A DNA stretch of 64,000 nt, taken from contig JAITBP010000010.1 in the NCBI GenBank assembly GCA_031283585.1, forward strand, positions 11,565 to 75,564. Direction: 5' to 3'. Origin of the DNA: Puniceicoccales bacterium. Lineage in GTDB: Bacteria > Verrucomicrobiota > Verrucomicrobiia > Opitutales > LL51. Made by a program: the position numbers and the translations under genes. Shown in pieces: positions 56,174 through 64,000 of the stretch. Every line of letters starts with the position of its first letter. Positions within the stretch are counted from its first letter, which is position 1. Under the pieces are notes generated by a model, which did not search any database, had not been told where the DNA came from, and saw nothing but the letters and a program-made list of their open reading frames with translations.

Positions 56174-57292
56174 CTAATGCTTCCATACCTTCATGATCAA
56201 TGGAATTGCTATGCCAAGTAGAGCCATATTGGGCAGCCACACCAGCCAATGTCCATGGGCTACACCGCTGAGAGATGATAGAAAAGACATCAGGAAATAG
56301 TAGCAAAGACTCAGGATTAGTGCCAGGGTAAAATGAAAAAAATTATCCGATTTTTTTGCTATCAGTGCCAGTGGTATCGCCAGTAATGCTAGAACAAACA
56401 CACCACAGGCCATGGCTAAATTTTTATGTAACTGCATCATTATCAAAGCACTTCTCTGGGTATCTCCAGTCAAATCTGCCTGATTCTTAGCTTCCACTAG
56501 GGCTGACAAATTCATGTGGCTTATCTTCCCAGACTTCCAGTCATTGTGGCTAAATATATCATCCAGGCACAAATCAATGGAGAGCCTATCATAGGATATC
56601 ATTGGCATGCATTTCTCGTAAAACGATTCCGGAGATAGCTCGGGCCTCTTCTCTATATTGCCATTCTCCAGCACAAGAACCAATGCAGCGGAATTTTCAT
56701 CGTAGGCCAACTCACCGCTCTTTGCACGGCCATAGGATATGACCTTCCTGGCCGTATCCATTTCCCATATATGAAAGTTATAAAACTTATCACGGCCCAT
56801 TTCTCCACAGTAGATCAAATAACCTGGAAAATCATCTATAAAAGTCCCAGGGGCAATAAATTCCATTGGATTTTCCTTCACCGCATTATGCAACCCACAC
56901 CTATACAGCTCCATAGAATTTGGGCCCCAGTAAAAATTCACCACCAGCGCAAACACTGAGGATATCACGGCAATAATTATTATCGGCTGCGCGATTTTTT
57001 TTATACCTACGCCAGCAGACTTCATAGCCGTTATCTCACCGCTACTACCCATTCGCCCTAGAACTATGAATATTCCTGATATCAGGCCAAGTGGCATGGC
57101 ATAGGAAATCACCGCCGGCAGCAGTGCCAAAATCAGGCAAAGTGCAGGCAACAGGGATAACTTCCTGGTGGCAACCAGGTCCAATAAGTCCCTGACAGTG
57201 TTACCACTTAACAAAACAAATACGAAAAACAACAACGAACCCAACGATGTTTTCAGGATTTCAACGGATATATATCTTGGCAAAAGCTTCAT
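56174..57292 (-). CDS. LptF/LptG (YjgP/YjgQ) family LPS export permease
   Basis: 372 aa. The N-terminal LLPRYISVEILKTSLGSLLFFVFVLL and GEITAMKSAGVGI motifs, with 6 TM around a central periplasmic domain. Confidence 0.8.
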   Translation of the reverse strand: MKLLPRYISVEILKTSLGSLLFFVFVLLSGNTVRDLLDLVATRKLSLLPALCLILALLPAVISYAMPLGLISGIFIVLGRMGSSGEITAMKSAGVGIKKIAQPIIIIAVISSVFALVVNFYWGPNSMELYRCGLHNAVKENPMEFIAPGTFIDDFPGYLIYCGEMGRDKFYNFHIWEMDTARKVISYGRAKSGELAYDENSAALVLVLENGNIEKRPELSPESFYEKCMPMISYDRLSIDLCLDDIFSHNDWKSGKISHMNLSALVEAKNQADLTGDTQRSALIMMQLHKNLAMACGVFVLALLAIPLALIAKKSDNFFHFTLALILSLCYYFLMSFLSSLSGVAHGHWLVWLPNMALLGIAIPLIMKVWKH

Positions 57293-57295
57293 GGT

Positions 57296-57928
57296 TCACC
57301 CTGGTTCCTCTAGCAATCTGATCGCTTCCATAATCCTGTCAGCGGCATACTGGTATCTGTCTTCATGGTTAGGTCCAGGATCATAGATAATACTATGCAT
57401 TGGCCTCCCCACAACTACGGTGGCTTCAGTATTTATATTTGGCCACCTGGTTTCTTTGCTCCAAATTTCATAGGTTCCAAATAATCTGATAGGTATCACC
57501 GGAACCGAAGACCTGCAGGCTAACAGGCCGATTCCTGCCCTAGCCTCATGGATCGCTCCATCCGGAGACCTAGCACCTTCAGGAAATATGACAACGCCAT
57601 GACCATTTTTCAATAAATTAAACACTTTTTTAATGGCAGCCACATCACTACCGTTATCCCTATCGACGGGAATTGTATTGATCCTACTAAGGATAAACCC
57701 AAACAATCCTGGTACTATAAGTGTTTTCCTTGCAAAAAAAAATACATCGCTGCGTTTCATAATTGCACTTATAAACGGCGGATCAAGAAAGCTAGCGTGG
57801 TTGGCAGCGGCTATAAACGCACCCGTTTCCGGAATATTTTCAACCCCATAGACACAACCATCAAAAATTTCCACGAAACATAACTTGAAAAATGACTGAA
57901 CAACAAGGTAGTATGGATTCCAAGCCAC
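57296..57928 (-). CDS. plsC: 1-acyl-sn-glycerol-3-phosphate acyltransferase
   Basis: 210 aa. Motifs NHASFLDP (HX4D) and IFPEGARS. The start is GTG. Confidence 0.85.
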   Translation of the reverse strand: MAWNPYYLVVQSFFKLCFVEIFDGCVYGVENIPETGAFIAAANHASFLDPPFISAIMKRSDVFFFARKTLIVPGLFGFILSRINTIPVDRDNGSDVAAIKKVFNLLKNGHGVVIFPEGARSPDGAIHEARAGIGLLACRSSVPVIPIRLFGTYEIWSKETRWPNINTEATVVVGRPMHSIIYDPGPNHEDRYQYAADRIMEAIRLLEEPG

Positions 57929-58083
57929 AACTCTAGATTCGATTAAGCTGGGAATTTGTCGAGATAAATGTTATTAATCCATCCCAACAACATATTCTTC
58001 CGAATTGATAATGTCAACATGCATAGAGGCAAACAGATAGCACACTTGACTAGGTGAAAAATTTAATAAAACTACCCTAGTCT

Positions 58084-58320
58084 ATGGCGAATAAAAATAA
58101 TAAAAATCGAGAAAATTGCCCTGGTAAATTTTATGTCGATGATCTATGCATTGACTGTGATATGTGTCGTGACATGGCCGGTGAGTTTTTTGTTAGGCAG
58201 GAAGAAGAGGGCTATTCATATGTTATCAAACAACCTACATCTAAAGAGGATATAGAAATTTGCGAAGAGGTTGTGGATAGCTGTCCCGTCGGAGCCATAG
58301 GCAATGATGGAGATGTCTGA
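58084..58320 (+). CDS. small [4Fe-4S] ferredoxin
   Basis: 78 aa. Motifs CIDCDMC and a distal CP (SCPVGAI). Confidence 0.8.
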   Translation: MANKNNKNRENCPGKFYVDDLCIDCDMCRDMAGEFFVRQEEEGYSYVIKQPTSKEDIEICEEVVDSCPVGAIGNDGDV

Positions 58321-58372
58321 TAGTAAAAATTAATGCCAATTTCGATTCTATGTTGGGATTCTGTATCTGTGG

Positions 58373-59482
58373 ATGGGTTTTGGCTTACTTGTTTATTTGA
58401 TTGTGTTTCTTTCCCTAGGGACGACAGGTCTAGCCAGTCCAATGGTGACAGTCAGTGGGAAAGCAGGAGTTATATATACAACCAACCTGTTTTGTGATGA
58501 AAAAGGTACCATCTCTGATAAAAAGGCCTATGTAACACCAAAGATTTCCGTATCCAGCGGTGATATGAATTCCACCGTAGTGACTTCGACATCATTAAAA
58601 CTGGACGCGTATAGATACGCCAAAATGCACGGTCTAGATGACCTGAATATAGCATCTAGATCGAAACTTGAGGTATTTCTACCATCGAATAACCTAAAAT
58701 CGAAATTTTCCTATGTCCAGGCAGACACAAACAAACCAGGATTAAATGTGAAAGGCCAGCTGGTTAGCCTGGATACATTCGATACCTATTTCACCTCCGA
58801 GCATGAACTTACCGATAAACTGACATTGTCCACCTTGGCCGAGCTTGAAAAGATCCATCTGACGAAAAAGTACAATAATCTCTATGATAGTCAAACCACG
58901 TACCTTGAAACCAGCCTTAGCCATGCATTTTCAGACAAAATTAAATTAGGACCACTGGTAAAAACTTCCTACACAAAGAATAAAAGGCCAAAAAAATTTT
59001 CCAGCCAGACCATTGCAATCACTTCAAAATATGACCCCAGCTTCAGACTAGAATTAAATGGCTACATTGGACTACAATTCTACAACAGTGACAATAATCA
59101 GACTAAAAATTCATTTGCATTTAAAGGTTCCATAGAGTACATTCTTTCGTTTCCGTCAAAAATTATTGCCGAGTTCAAGCAAAAGATGGCTAGCAGCCTT
59201 GAAGGCAGCCTACTGCAGAAAACCGTCGCCGAGCTAAAGCTCTTTCTATTAGTATATAGAATGATAGCTGTTGGTATATCTGGCACAGCCCAATATCATA
59301 ACTACAACAGCTACAAAAGGCATGACAGGGTTGTAAAATTTGGAATAGACTTTCGGGCCTATTTTGGAGAGAATAGATACATCGATATGGTGTCCTATCA
59401 ATTTATCCAGAATCATTCCGATGTTATTGGAAAATCCTATGTGACCCATATGGTTGGTGTTGGTATAACCTGTGACTTTTAA
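58373..59482 (+). CDS. putative outer-membrane beta-barrel protein
   Basis: 369 aa. It has a signal peptide, alternating-pattern strands throughout and a C-terminal aromatic residue (..GVGITCDF). It lies 12 bp upstream of a Wza-like gene. Confidence 0.45.
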   Translation: MGFGLLVYLIVFLSLGTTGLASPMVTVSGKAGVIYTTNLFCDEKGTISDKKAYVTPKISVSSGDMNSTVVTSTSLKLDAYRYAKMHGLDDLNIASRSKLEVFLPSNNLKSKFSYVQADTNKPGLNVKGQLVSLDTFDTYFTSEHELTDKLTLSTLAELEKIHLTKKYNNLYDSQTTYLETSLSHAFSDKIKLGPLVKTSYTKNKRPKKFSSQTIAITSKYDPSFRLELNGYIGLQFYNSDNNQTKNSFAFKGSIEYILSFPSKIIAEFKQKMASSLEGSLLQKTVAELKLFLLVYRMIAVGISGTAQYHNYNSYKRHDRVVKFGIDFRAYFGENRYIDMVSYQFIQNHSDVIGKSYVTHMVGVGITCDF

Positions 59483-59494
59483 TGCTCAAATATT

Positions 59495-60073
59495 ATGAAG
59501 TGGAATATAGATATTTTGGCTAGCTTAGCCATAATGATTATGAGTTGTGCATCTTTTGCATCAAAATCCGAACAACTGAATAAACTGGTACCTCTGGACG
59601 AGATATCTATTTCTATTTTTGGAAACCCGGATCTTGAAACCAAAACAATGATATCAGAAAATGGCGAAATATCATTGCCATTAATTGGAAGCATCAAGAT
59701 TTCTGGACTGACCCAGGATGAAGCGCAAAATATCCTGGAAACTAAATATAGCAATGGCTACCTGAAATCTCCTTGGGTTTCTATCAATATAACAAAGCGA
59801 GCGATAAAATATGTAACCGTACTTGGCCATGTTCAAAAACAAGGCGTAGTTGAATTCGAGGCCCATCGCGGCCTTACTCTGACCGAGGCCATTGGTAAAG
59901 CCAACGGCCCCACACTAAAAGCTGACATTTCAAAGGTCACTTTGACCTCCACCGATGGTAGCGGTAAAATCAAATCAACCCAAATTGATCTGAAAATGAT
60001 TATCCAGGGAAAAGCCGAAGACATTCAGCTAAAGGATGGCGACCTGATCTATGTCAAAGAATCCATGTTCTGA
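59495..60073 (+). CDS. polysaccharide export protein (Wza-like Poly_export + SLBB domains), short form
   Basis: 192 aa. The Poly_export-like segment is ISIFGNPDLETKTMISENGEISLPLIGSIKISGLTQDEAQNIL. The SLBB-like segment is VTVLGHVQKQGVVEF..GLTLTEAIGKANG. Confidence 0.75.
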   Translation: MKWNIDILASLAIMIMSCASFASKSEQLNKLVPLDEISISIFGNPDLETKTMISENGEISLPLIGSIKISGLTQDEAQNILETKYSNGYLKSPWVSINITKRAIKYVTVLGHVQKQGVVEFEAHRGLTLTEAIGKANGPTLKADISKVTLTSTDGSGKIKSTQIDLKMIIQGKAEDIQLKDGDLIYVKESMF

Positions 60074-60206
60074 TCTATATCTATATGGCTATAAAGAAGT
60101 AACAACTTACGATGCTTTGGATAATTTTACGTAAAAATTCACCAACAAGACAATAATTTATTGCATATAGATCTATTATGTAAATCATGTCATTTGGAGG
60201 TTTAAT

Positions 60207-61211
60207 ATGAATAAAAATAAAATAAATAAATGTAGTTTAGCTATCATGTTGGTATCAATGGCTTGCTTTGATGCTGGCAGATGTTATGCCGTACAAGGCT
60301 CAGACTCAGATAGCGATGAGGAGTTTGTTGTTGAGGTATCAAATGATGACAATAATATGCAAGGGGAAGATTACTTAGATTTGTGCCCAAATCTTTCTAC
60401 TGCTATCAAAATAATCACACAGAAATATTATAGAGGCGAAATCACACGTAGAGATTGTTTAAAAAAATACAAGGAAGCTTGTAAGTTATTTGGTTCCGAG
60501 TATACATCGTCATTTCGTAAAAATTTAGAGGACTGGTGCCTTAAGTCTAATCGTAAAAATTTAGATTGCTGGGACCTTAGGTCTAATGAGATTGTAAAAG
60601 ATATTGAGCTTGGTGTAGAGCTTGGTGATATTTTATATTCAATTAGGTATAGGCTCGACCGAAGTGTAGCCGTTGCCAAGAGTAGTGATGAGTATCGTAA
60701 AGGATTCATACCTGAGATACTGGAAGCTAAATACCTAATGAGTCGTAAAATTAAAGAAAAAGTGAAAAAATATACCGAAAGCATTGTTGGACTACGTTAC
60801 GTCCCAAATAATAGCGATAGATTGGCATCACTAAATAACTTAAATAAGAATATAAATGCGTGTCTCTCAGAATGGAAAAACATAAGCAAGTATATCTATG
60901 ACAGCATTATACCGCTAATAAAAGCCCCTGAGAATTTTGATGAAGAAACTAAGAAGAAGTATCAAATTTCAGAAATGCGTTATGGTTATTTGAAGCCCTA
61001 TATTGAAGATGTACAAAGAGGAAATGAGTCTCTTGATTCTGATATTGCTAAGGAAATTTTAGATCTTTATAAAAATACAAAGGATAATGGTTTTGATAAT
61101 GAAAAAAAGATAAAAGAATTAGTGAAAGCGGTTAGAAGTATTATTCTTAATGCTAATAATCCTGAGTTGACCGAAATATTGGATGGATATAATATTGATG
61201 AAAATCTGTAA
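60207..61211 (+). CDS. hypothetical secreted protein (Sec signal, acidic N-terminus, helical)
   Basis: 334 aa. The signal peptide MNKNKINKCSLAIMLVSMACFDAGRCYA is followed by SDSDSDEEF. No recognisable motif. Confidence 0.45.
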   Translation: MNKNKINKCSLAIMLVSMACFDAGRCYAVQGSDSDSDEEFVVEVSNDDNNMQGEDYLDLCPNLSTAIKIITQKYYRGEITRRDCLKKYKEACKLFGSEYTSSFRKNLEDWCLKSNRKNLDCWDLRSNEIVKDIELGVELGDILYSIRYRLDRSVAVAKSSDEYRKGFIPEILEAKYLMSRKIKEKVKKYTESIVGLRYVPNNSDRLASLNNLNKNINACLSEWKNISKYIYDSIIPLIKAPENFDEETKKKYQISEMRYGYLKPYIEDVQRGNESLDSDIAKEILDLYKNTKDNGFDNEKKIKELVKAVRSIILNANNPELTEILDGYNIDENL

Positions 61212-61229
61212 TCAATATAATATACAACC

Positions 61230-62426
61230 ATGAGTTTTGGAAGTGTTGGTAGTGGTTCCATTCCGGATGGGATATATGTTAATGGTATACTCGTGGATCC
61301 AACAGCGATCCCCGAGGTTACCACTAACGTCAAAAAGAAAAAAGTTTCCGGCGATGCTCAGATTGGTGGTCAGGTGCTAAAAATCGTAGGACCTGAGGGA
61401 GTAGGAATCACCAGCGCGCCTGGTGAAGTGGCTGGATATTACCCTACCCTCACCGCTGACCCGACTTTCACCACCGAAGATGGCAAATGGGCAAAGGTGT
61501 TACAAAGCTTTGAGCAGGATACCAGTATGCGTATTGGGAACAGTGCAATCACAGCCAATGCAGAAGAATATAACGCCATGTTAAATGGCCTCGATGCCTC
61601 TTCAAACATAGCACCAAGTTCACGCACAGCCGCTAGTATTGGTACCCTTGCGGCCCAGGTAGCCATTCTAATGACAAAGAACGCTTCTTTGCAAAAATCC
61701 ATCGAGCGTGAAATGAAAGCCGAAATGACTCAGCTGCAATATCAGATAGGAATGGATGTGGCCCAAAAAATAAGAGAAAAAGGTGAATTGGAGTTCAACC
61801 AAAAGATGGTCGAGGCTTTCAGTGGTATCGTTGAAACTGCCGCCGGAATGATTGCTCAACAAATCGGCCGAAAGATATCTGAACATAATTTGCAAAAATA
61901 TGACGAAGGTGTTGCACAAATTGACACCACTGCACCCACATCCACACCCAGCGCAAAAGCTGCCGAAACAAGATCAGAACAGGCAGCCGACGAAAATTTT
62001 AATCGTGACCAATTTAATGCAAAGCAAGAAATCATAGATCAAAAAATTCAAAACGAGGAAATCATCAATAAAGATGCCAAGACCCTAAGTGGCCCAGCGA
62101 ATCTAGAACAAAATCAAAGAATGGCCATACCACTTACCGAAGCGGAGAAACAACAGGTTAATATGGAGGCTAGCCTGGCCGGCGATCTAGGTAAAGCCAT
62201 AGCCGGCTTTGCCATGAAAACAGTTTCCGCACATCTGGGTCTGCAAATCTCCAATAAAGAAGCCGATATCCGTGGTATGGAAGCGCTTAATCAATTGGTT
62301 GGAAATATCATACAGAATACCGAAAGTAGCATACGCTCCGCTGACCAAGCTACACAGGCGGCCATGCAATTATTCCAGCAAATCTGCCAGACCCGTCATG
62401 AAGCTTTCCAAAGTGTGGTAAGGTAA
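61230..62426 (+). CDS. hypothetical coiled-coil protein with amphipathic/hydrophobic segments, no Sec signal (secretion-substrate-like)
   Basis: 398 aa. The N-terminus is MSFGSVGSGSIPDG. Hydrophobic stretches are AASIGTLAAQVAILM and AIAGFAMKTVSAHLGL, with long Q/E/K-rich helices. The start lies 18 bp after the upstream gene. Confidence 0.45.
   Translation: MSFGSVGSGSIPDGIYVNGILVDPTAIPEVTTNVKKKKVSGDAQIGGQVLKIVGPEGVGITSAPGEVAGYYPTLTADPTFTTEDGKWAKVLQSFEQDTSMRIGNSAITANAEEYNAMLNGLDASSNIAPSSRTAASIGTLAAQVAILMTKNASLQKSIEREMKAEMTQLQYQIGMDVAQKIREKGELEFNQKMVEAFSGIVETAAGMIAQQIGRKISEHNLQKYDEGVAQIDTTAPTSTPSAKAAETRSEQAADENFNRDQFNAKQEIIDQKIQNEEIINKDAKTLSGPANLEQNQRMAIPLTEAEKQQVNMEASLAGDLGKAIAGFAMKTVSAHLGLQISNKEADIRGMEALNQLVGNIIQNTESSIRSADQATQAAMQLFQQICQTRHEAFQSVVR
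62287..62402. repeat. 116-bp block (3' coding end of gene 61230..62426), copy 1
   Basis: 115/116 identical to 63282..63397 by manual alignment. The single difference is AGT/AGC, synonymous in the gene frame. Confidence 0.9.
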
Positions 62427-62432
62427 TTATAT

Positions 62433-63239
62433 TCATAAAAGGCCACAATCGTAAATGGAAAAATCACCTAAGTCTTCTTCTTCTTTTTTAATGTCAACGT
62501 TGTTGACTCCTTCTCCAGTACCTGGTGGTGTTTCCATCGAACCAGATTTCCTTACTGTTCTGATTTTGATTTCTATTGCATTACATAGATCAGTGGATGG
62601 GTTACCAACCTCTTTAGCTATTTTGTATGCATTTTCAAAGAGATCAACATTTTCCTCGGTTACTCCTTCGCATTCCGGTGTAGAGAGCTTTTCAAGAATC
62701 TTTAACCAGGGCAGATATACATCACCATGTACTTTACACCAAACCTCATATACAGTAGAGCATTCAAATATATAACACAACATATTAGTCAGCCTACACT
62801 TCAATTCTTCTTGACTATTATATAAATTGCCCACATTGTTGTACGACCAGTCTGACATGGCTATAATCTTGCTGCTATCAGGGTTAAGGATGTAGGTAAA
62901 CCCTAGAAATTTTGGCACTTGACAGAAAAGATTTTTCAGGTTGTAAAAGAATAAAGTGGGAATATCCACGTATTCACCACAACAGATGTTAAAAGCGCTA
63001 TTATACGTGTTGTTACCAGGACAAAACCAATTTGTGTTTTTGTCGTCTTCAATAAAACTAAAGCTATTGTCACGACAAATTTTACAGAAATTATGCCAAG
63101 TTATATAATTACCGTCACAATCAATCCATGATTTGTCTCTTGCATCTTTTAACCAATCTTGCCAAGGGTCAGCACTCAAAAAATTAAACACTGACATGGC
63201 CATAAACAACAATATACATTTTCTACTATTATTACACAT
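62433..63239 (-). CDS. Cys-rich secreted hypothetical protein, paralogue 1
   Basis: 268 aa, about 20 Cys. Signal peptide MCNNSRKCILLFMAMSVFNFLSA. It is clearly alignable to the ORF at 63391..>64000. Confidence 0.5.
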   Translation of the reverse strand: MCNNSRKCILLFMAMSVFNFLSADPWQDWLKDARDKSWIDCDGNYITWHNFCKICRDNSFSFIEDDKNTNWFCPGNNTYNSAFNICCGEYVDIPTLFFYNLKNLFCQVPKFLGFTYILNPDSSKIIAMSDWSYNNVGNLYNSQEELKCRLTNMLCYIFECSTVYEVWCKVHGDVYLPWLKILEKLSTPECEGVTEENVDLFENAYKIAKEVGNPSTDLCNAIEIKIRTVRKSGSMETPPGTGEGVNNVDIKKEEEDLGDFSIYDCGLL

Positions 63240-63281
63240 GTCGTTGATTTTGATAGAGTTATATTTTTTTACAATATTTGT

Positions 63282-63397
63282 TTAATCAATTGGTTGGAAA
63301 TATCATACAGAATACCGAAAGCAGCATACGCTCCGCTGACCAAGCTACACAGGCGGCCATGCAATTATTCCAGCAAATCTGCCAGACCCGTCATGAA
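63282..63397. repeat. 116-bp block, copy 2 (orphan gene-3'-end fragment)
   Basis: Offset by 995 bp from copy 1. In the gene frame it reads ..NQLVGNIIQNTESSIRSADQATQAAMQLFQQICQTRHE, then diverges (NFQCAIK*). The upstream frame hits a stop at 63254-63256, and no ATG precedes it. Confidence 0.9.
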
Positions 63398-64000
63398 AAT
63401 TTCCAATGTGCGATAAAATAATTATGCCTACGAAGCATGTCAGCGTTGTAAGGGTTTCCTCCAGTATCTGGTGGTGTTTCCATCGGATCAGGTTTCCTTA
63501 CTGTTGCGATTTTTTCTTCTATTGCTCTGCATAGATCAGTGTTCATGTGACAAACCCTTTTGGCTATTTTGTATGAGTTTTCAAAGAGATTAACATTTTC
63601 CTTGGTCACTACTTCGCATTCCTGCGAAGAGAGCTTTTCAAAAACCTTTAACCAGGGCCAATATACATACCCATATACTCTCCTCCAAACCTCAAATACA
63701 CTAGAGCAATCAAATATATAACACAACGCACTGGCCATCTTATCTTTCATTTCTCCTTCATATAAACTGCCCACATCGTCAGACATCCAGTCTAACATGT
63801 TTATAGTCGAGTGATTACCATCGTTGAATTCATAGGGATATTTTAAAATATTTTGCATATGACAGAAAAGATCTTCCAGTTTGATAAATAATAAAGTGTT
63901 AATATCCCCGTATTCATCACAACAAAACCAATTTGTGTTTTTGTCGTCTTTAATAAAATGAAAGCTATTGGCATGACAAATTCTACAGACATAGGCCCAA
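63391..64000 (-). CDS. Cys-rich hypothetical protein, paralogue 2 (5' end beyond the window)
   Basis: The track lists 63391..63858, but the frame stays open upstream to the window edge (my translation: ..WAYVCRICHANSFHFIKDDKNTNWFCCDEYGDINTLLFIKLEDLFCHMQNIL..). That stretch aligns with paralogue 1 apart from a 12-aa in-frame gap. The 3' end reads into the 116-bp block. Confidence 0.5.
   Translation of the reverse strand, partial: WAYVCRICHANSFHFIKDDKNTNWFCCDEYGDINTLLFIKLEDLFCHMQNILKYPYEFNDGNHSTINMLDWMSDDVGSLYEGEMKDKMASALCYIFDCSSVFEVWRRVYGYVYWPWLKVFEKLSSQECEVVTKENVNLFENSYKIAKRVCHMNTDLCRAIEEKIATVRKPDPMETPPDTGGNPYNADMLRRHNYFIAHWKFS

Overview
This window is mostly housekeeping genes from a low-GC Gram-negative bacterium. 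Spot counts of single 60-nt lines give about 37% GC in core genes. A pseudopilin with a C-terminal FLDGHVEW motif, TPR-secretins and a CesT-like chaperone point weakly to a PVC-type, possibly host-associated lineage (Verrucomicrobia/Lentisphaerae/Chlamydiae-like); this is inference only. Core genes called from motifs are nth, rluD, psd, sixA, birA, gmk, rsmD, ndk, ispE, murD, ftsW, recD2, mtaB, plsY, an M16 peptidase, xth, prfB, cca, eno, plsC and ferredoxin. Four accessory regions stand out. (1) 6065-14421 holds a T2SS-like operon in the order gspK-L-M-like, secretin, an acidic 138-bp-repeat protein, then gspE. A second orphan TPR-secretin lies at 16581-18875. (2) 32305-42997 is a 10.7-kb phage-derived cluster with structural genes only (TerS?-TerL-portal-protease-decoration-capsid-adaptors-fibre-hub). 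It sits 121 bp from the 3' end of a tRNA-Gln(UUG). It shows no integrase, repressor, replication, lysis, tape-measure or sheath genes, and its far end overlaps the stop of a housekeeping gene. I rate this the best candidate for an undescribed GTA-like or domesticated particle system. (3) 47744-49378 is an AT-rich orphan 544-aa gene. (4) 60207-64000 encodes lineage-specific secreted-type proteins and ends in a roughly 995-bp tandem duplication. In that duplication, a 116-bp piece of the upstream gene's 3' end is 115/116 identical while the co-duplicated Cys-rich genes have diverged. No rRNA, CRISPR array or transposase was seen. All family assignments come from reading motifs by eye; no searches were run.
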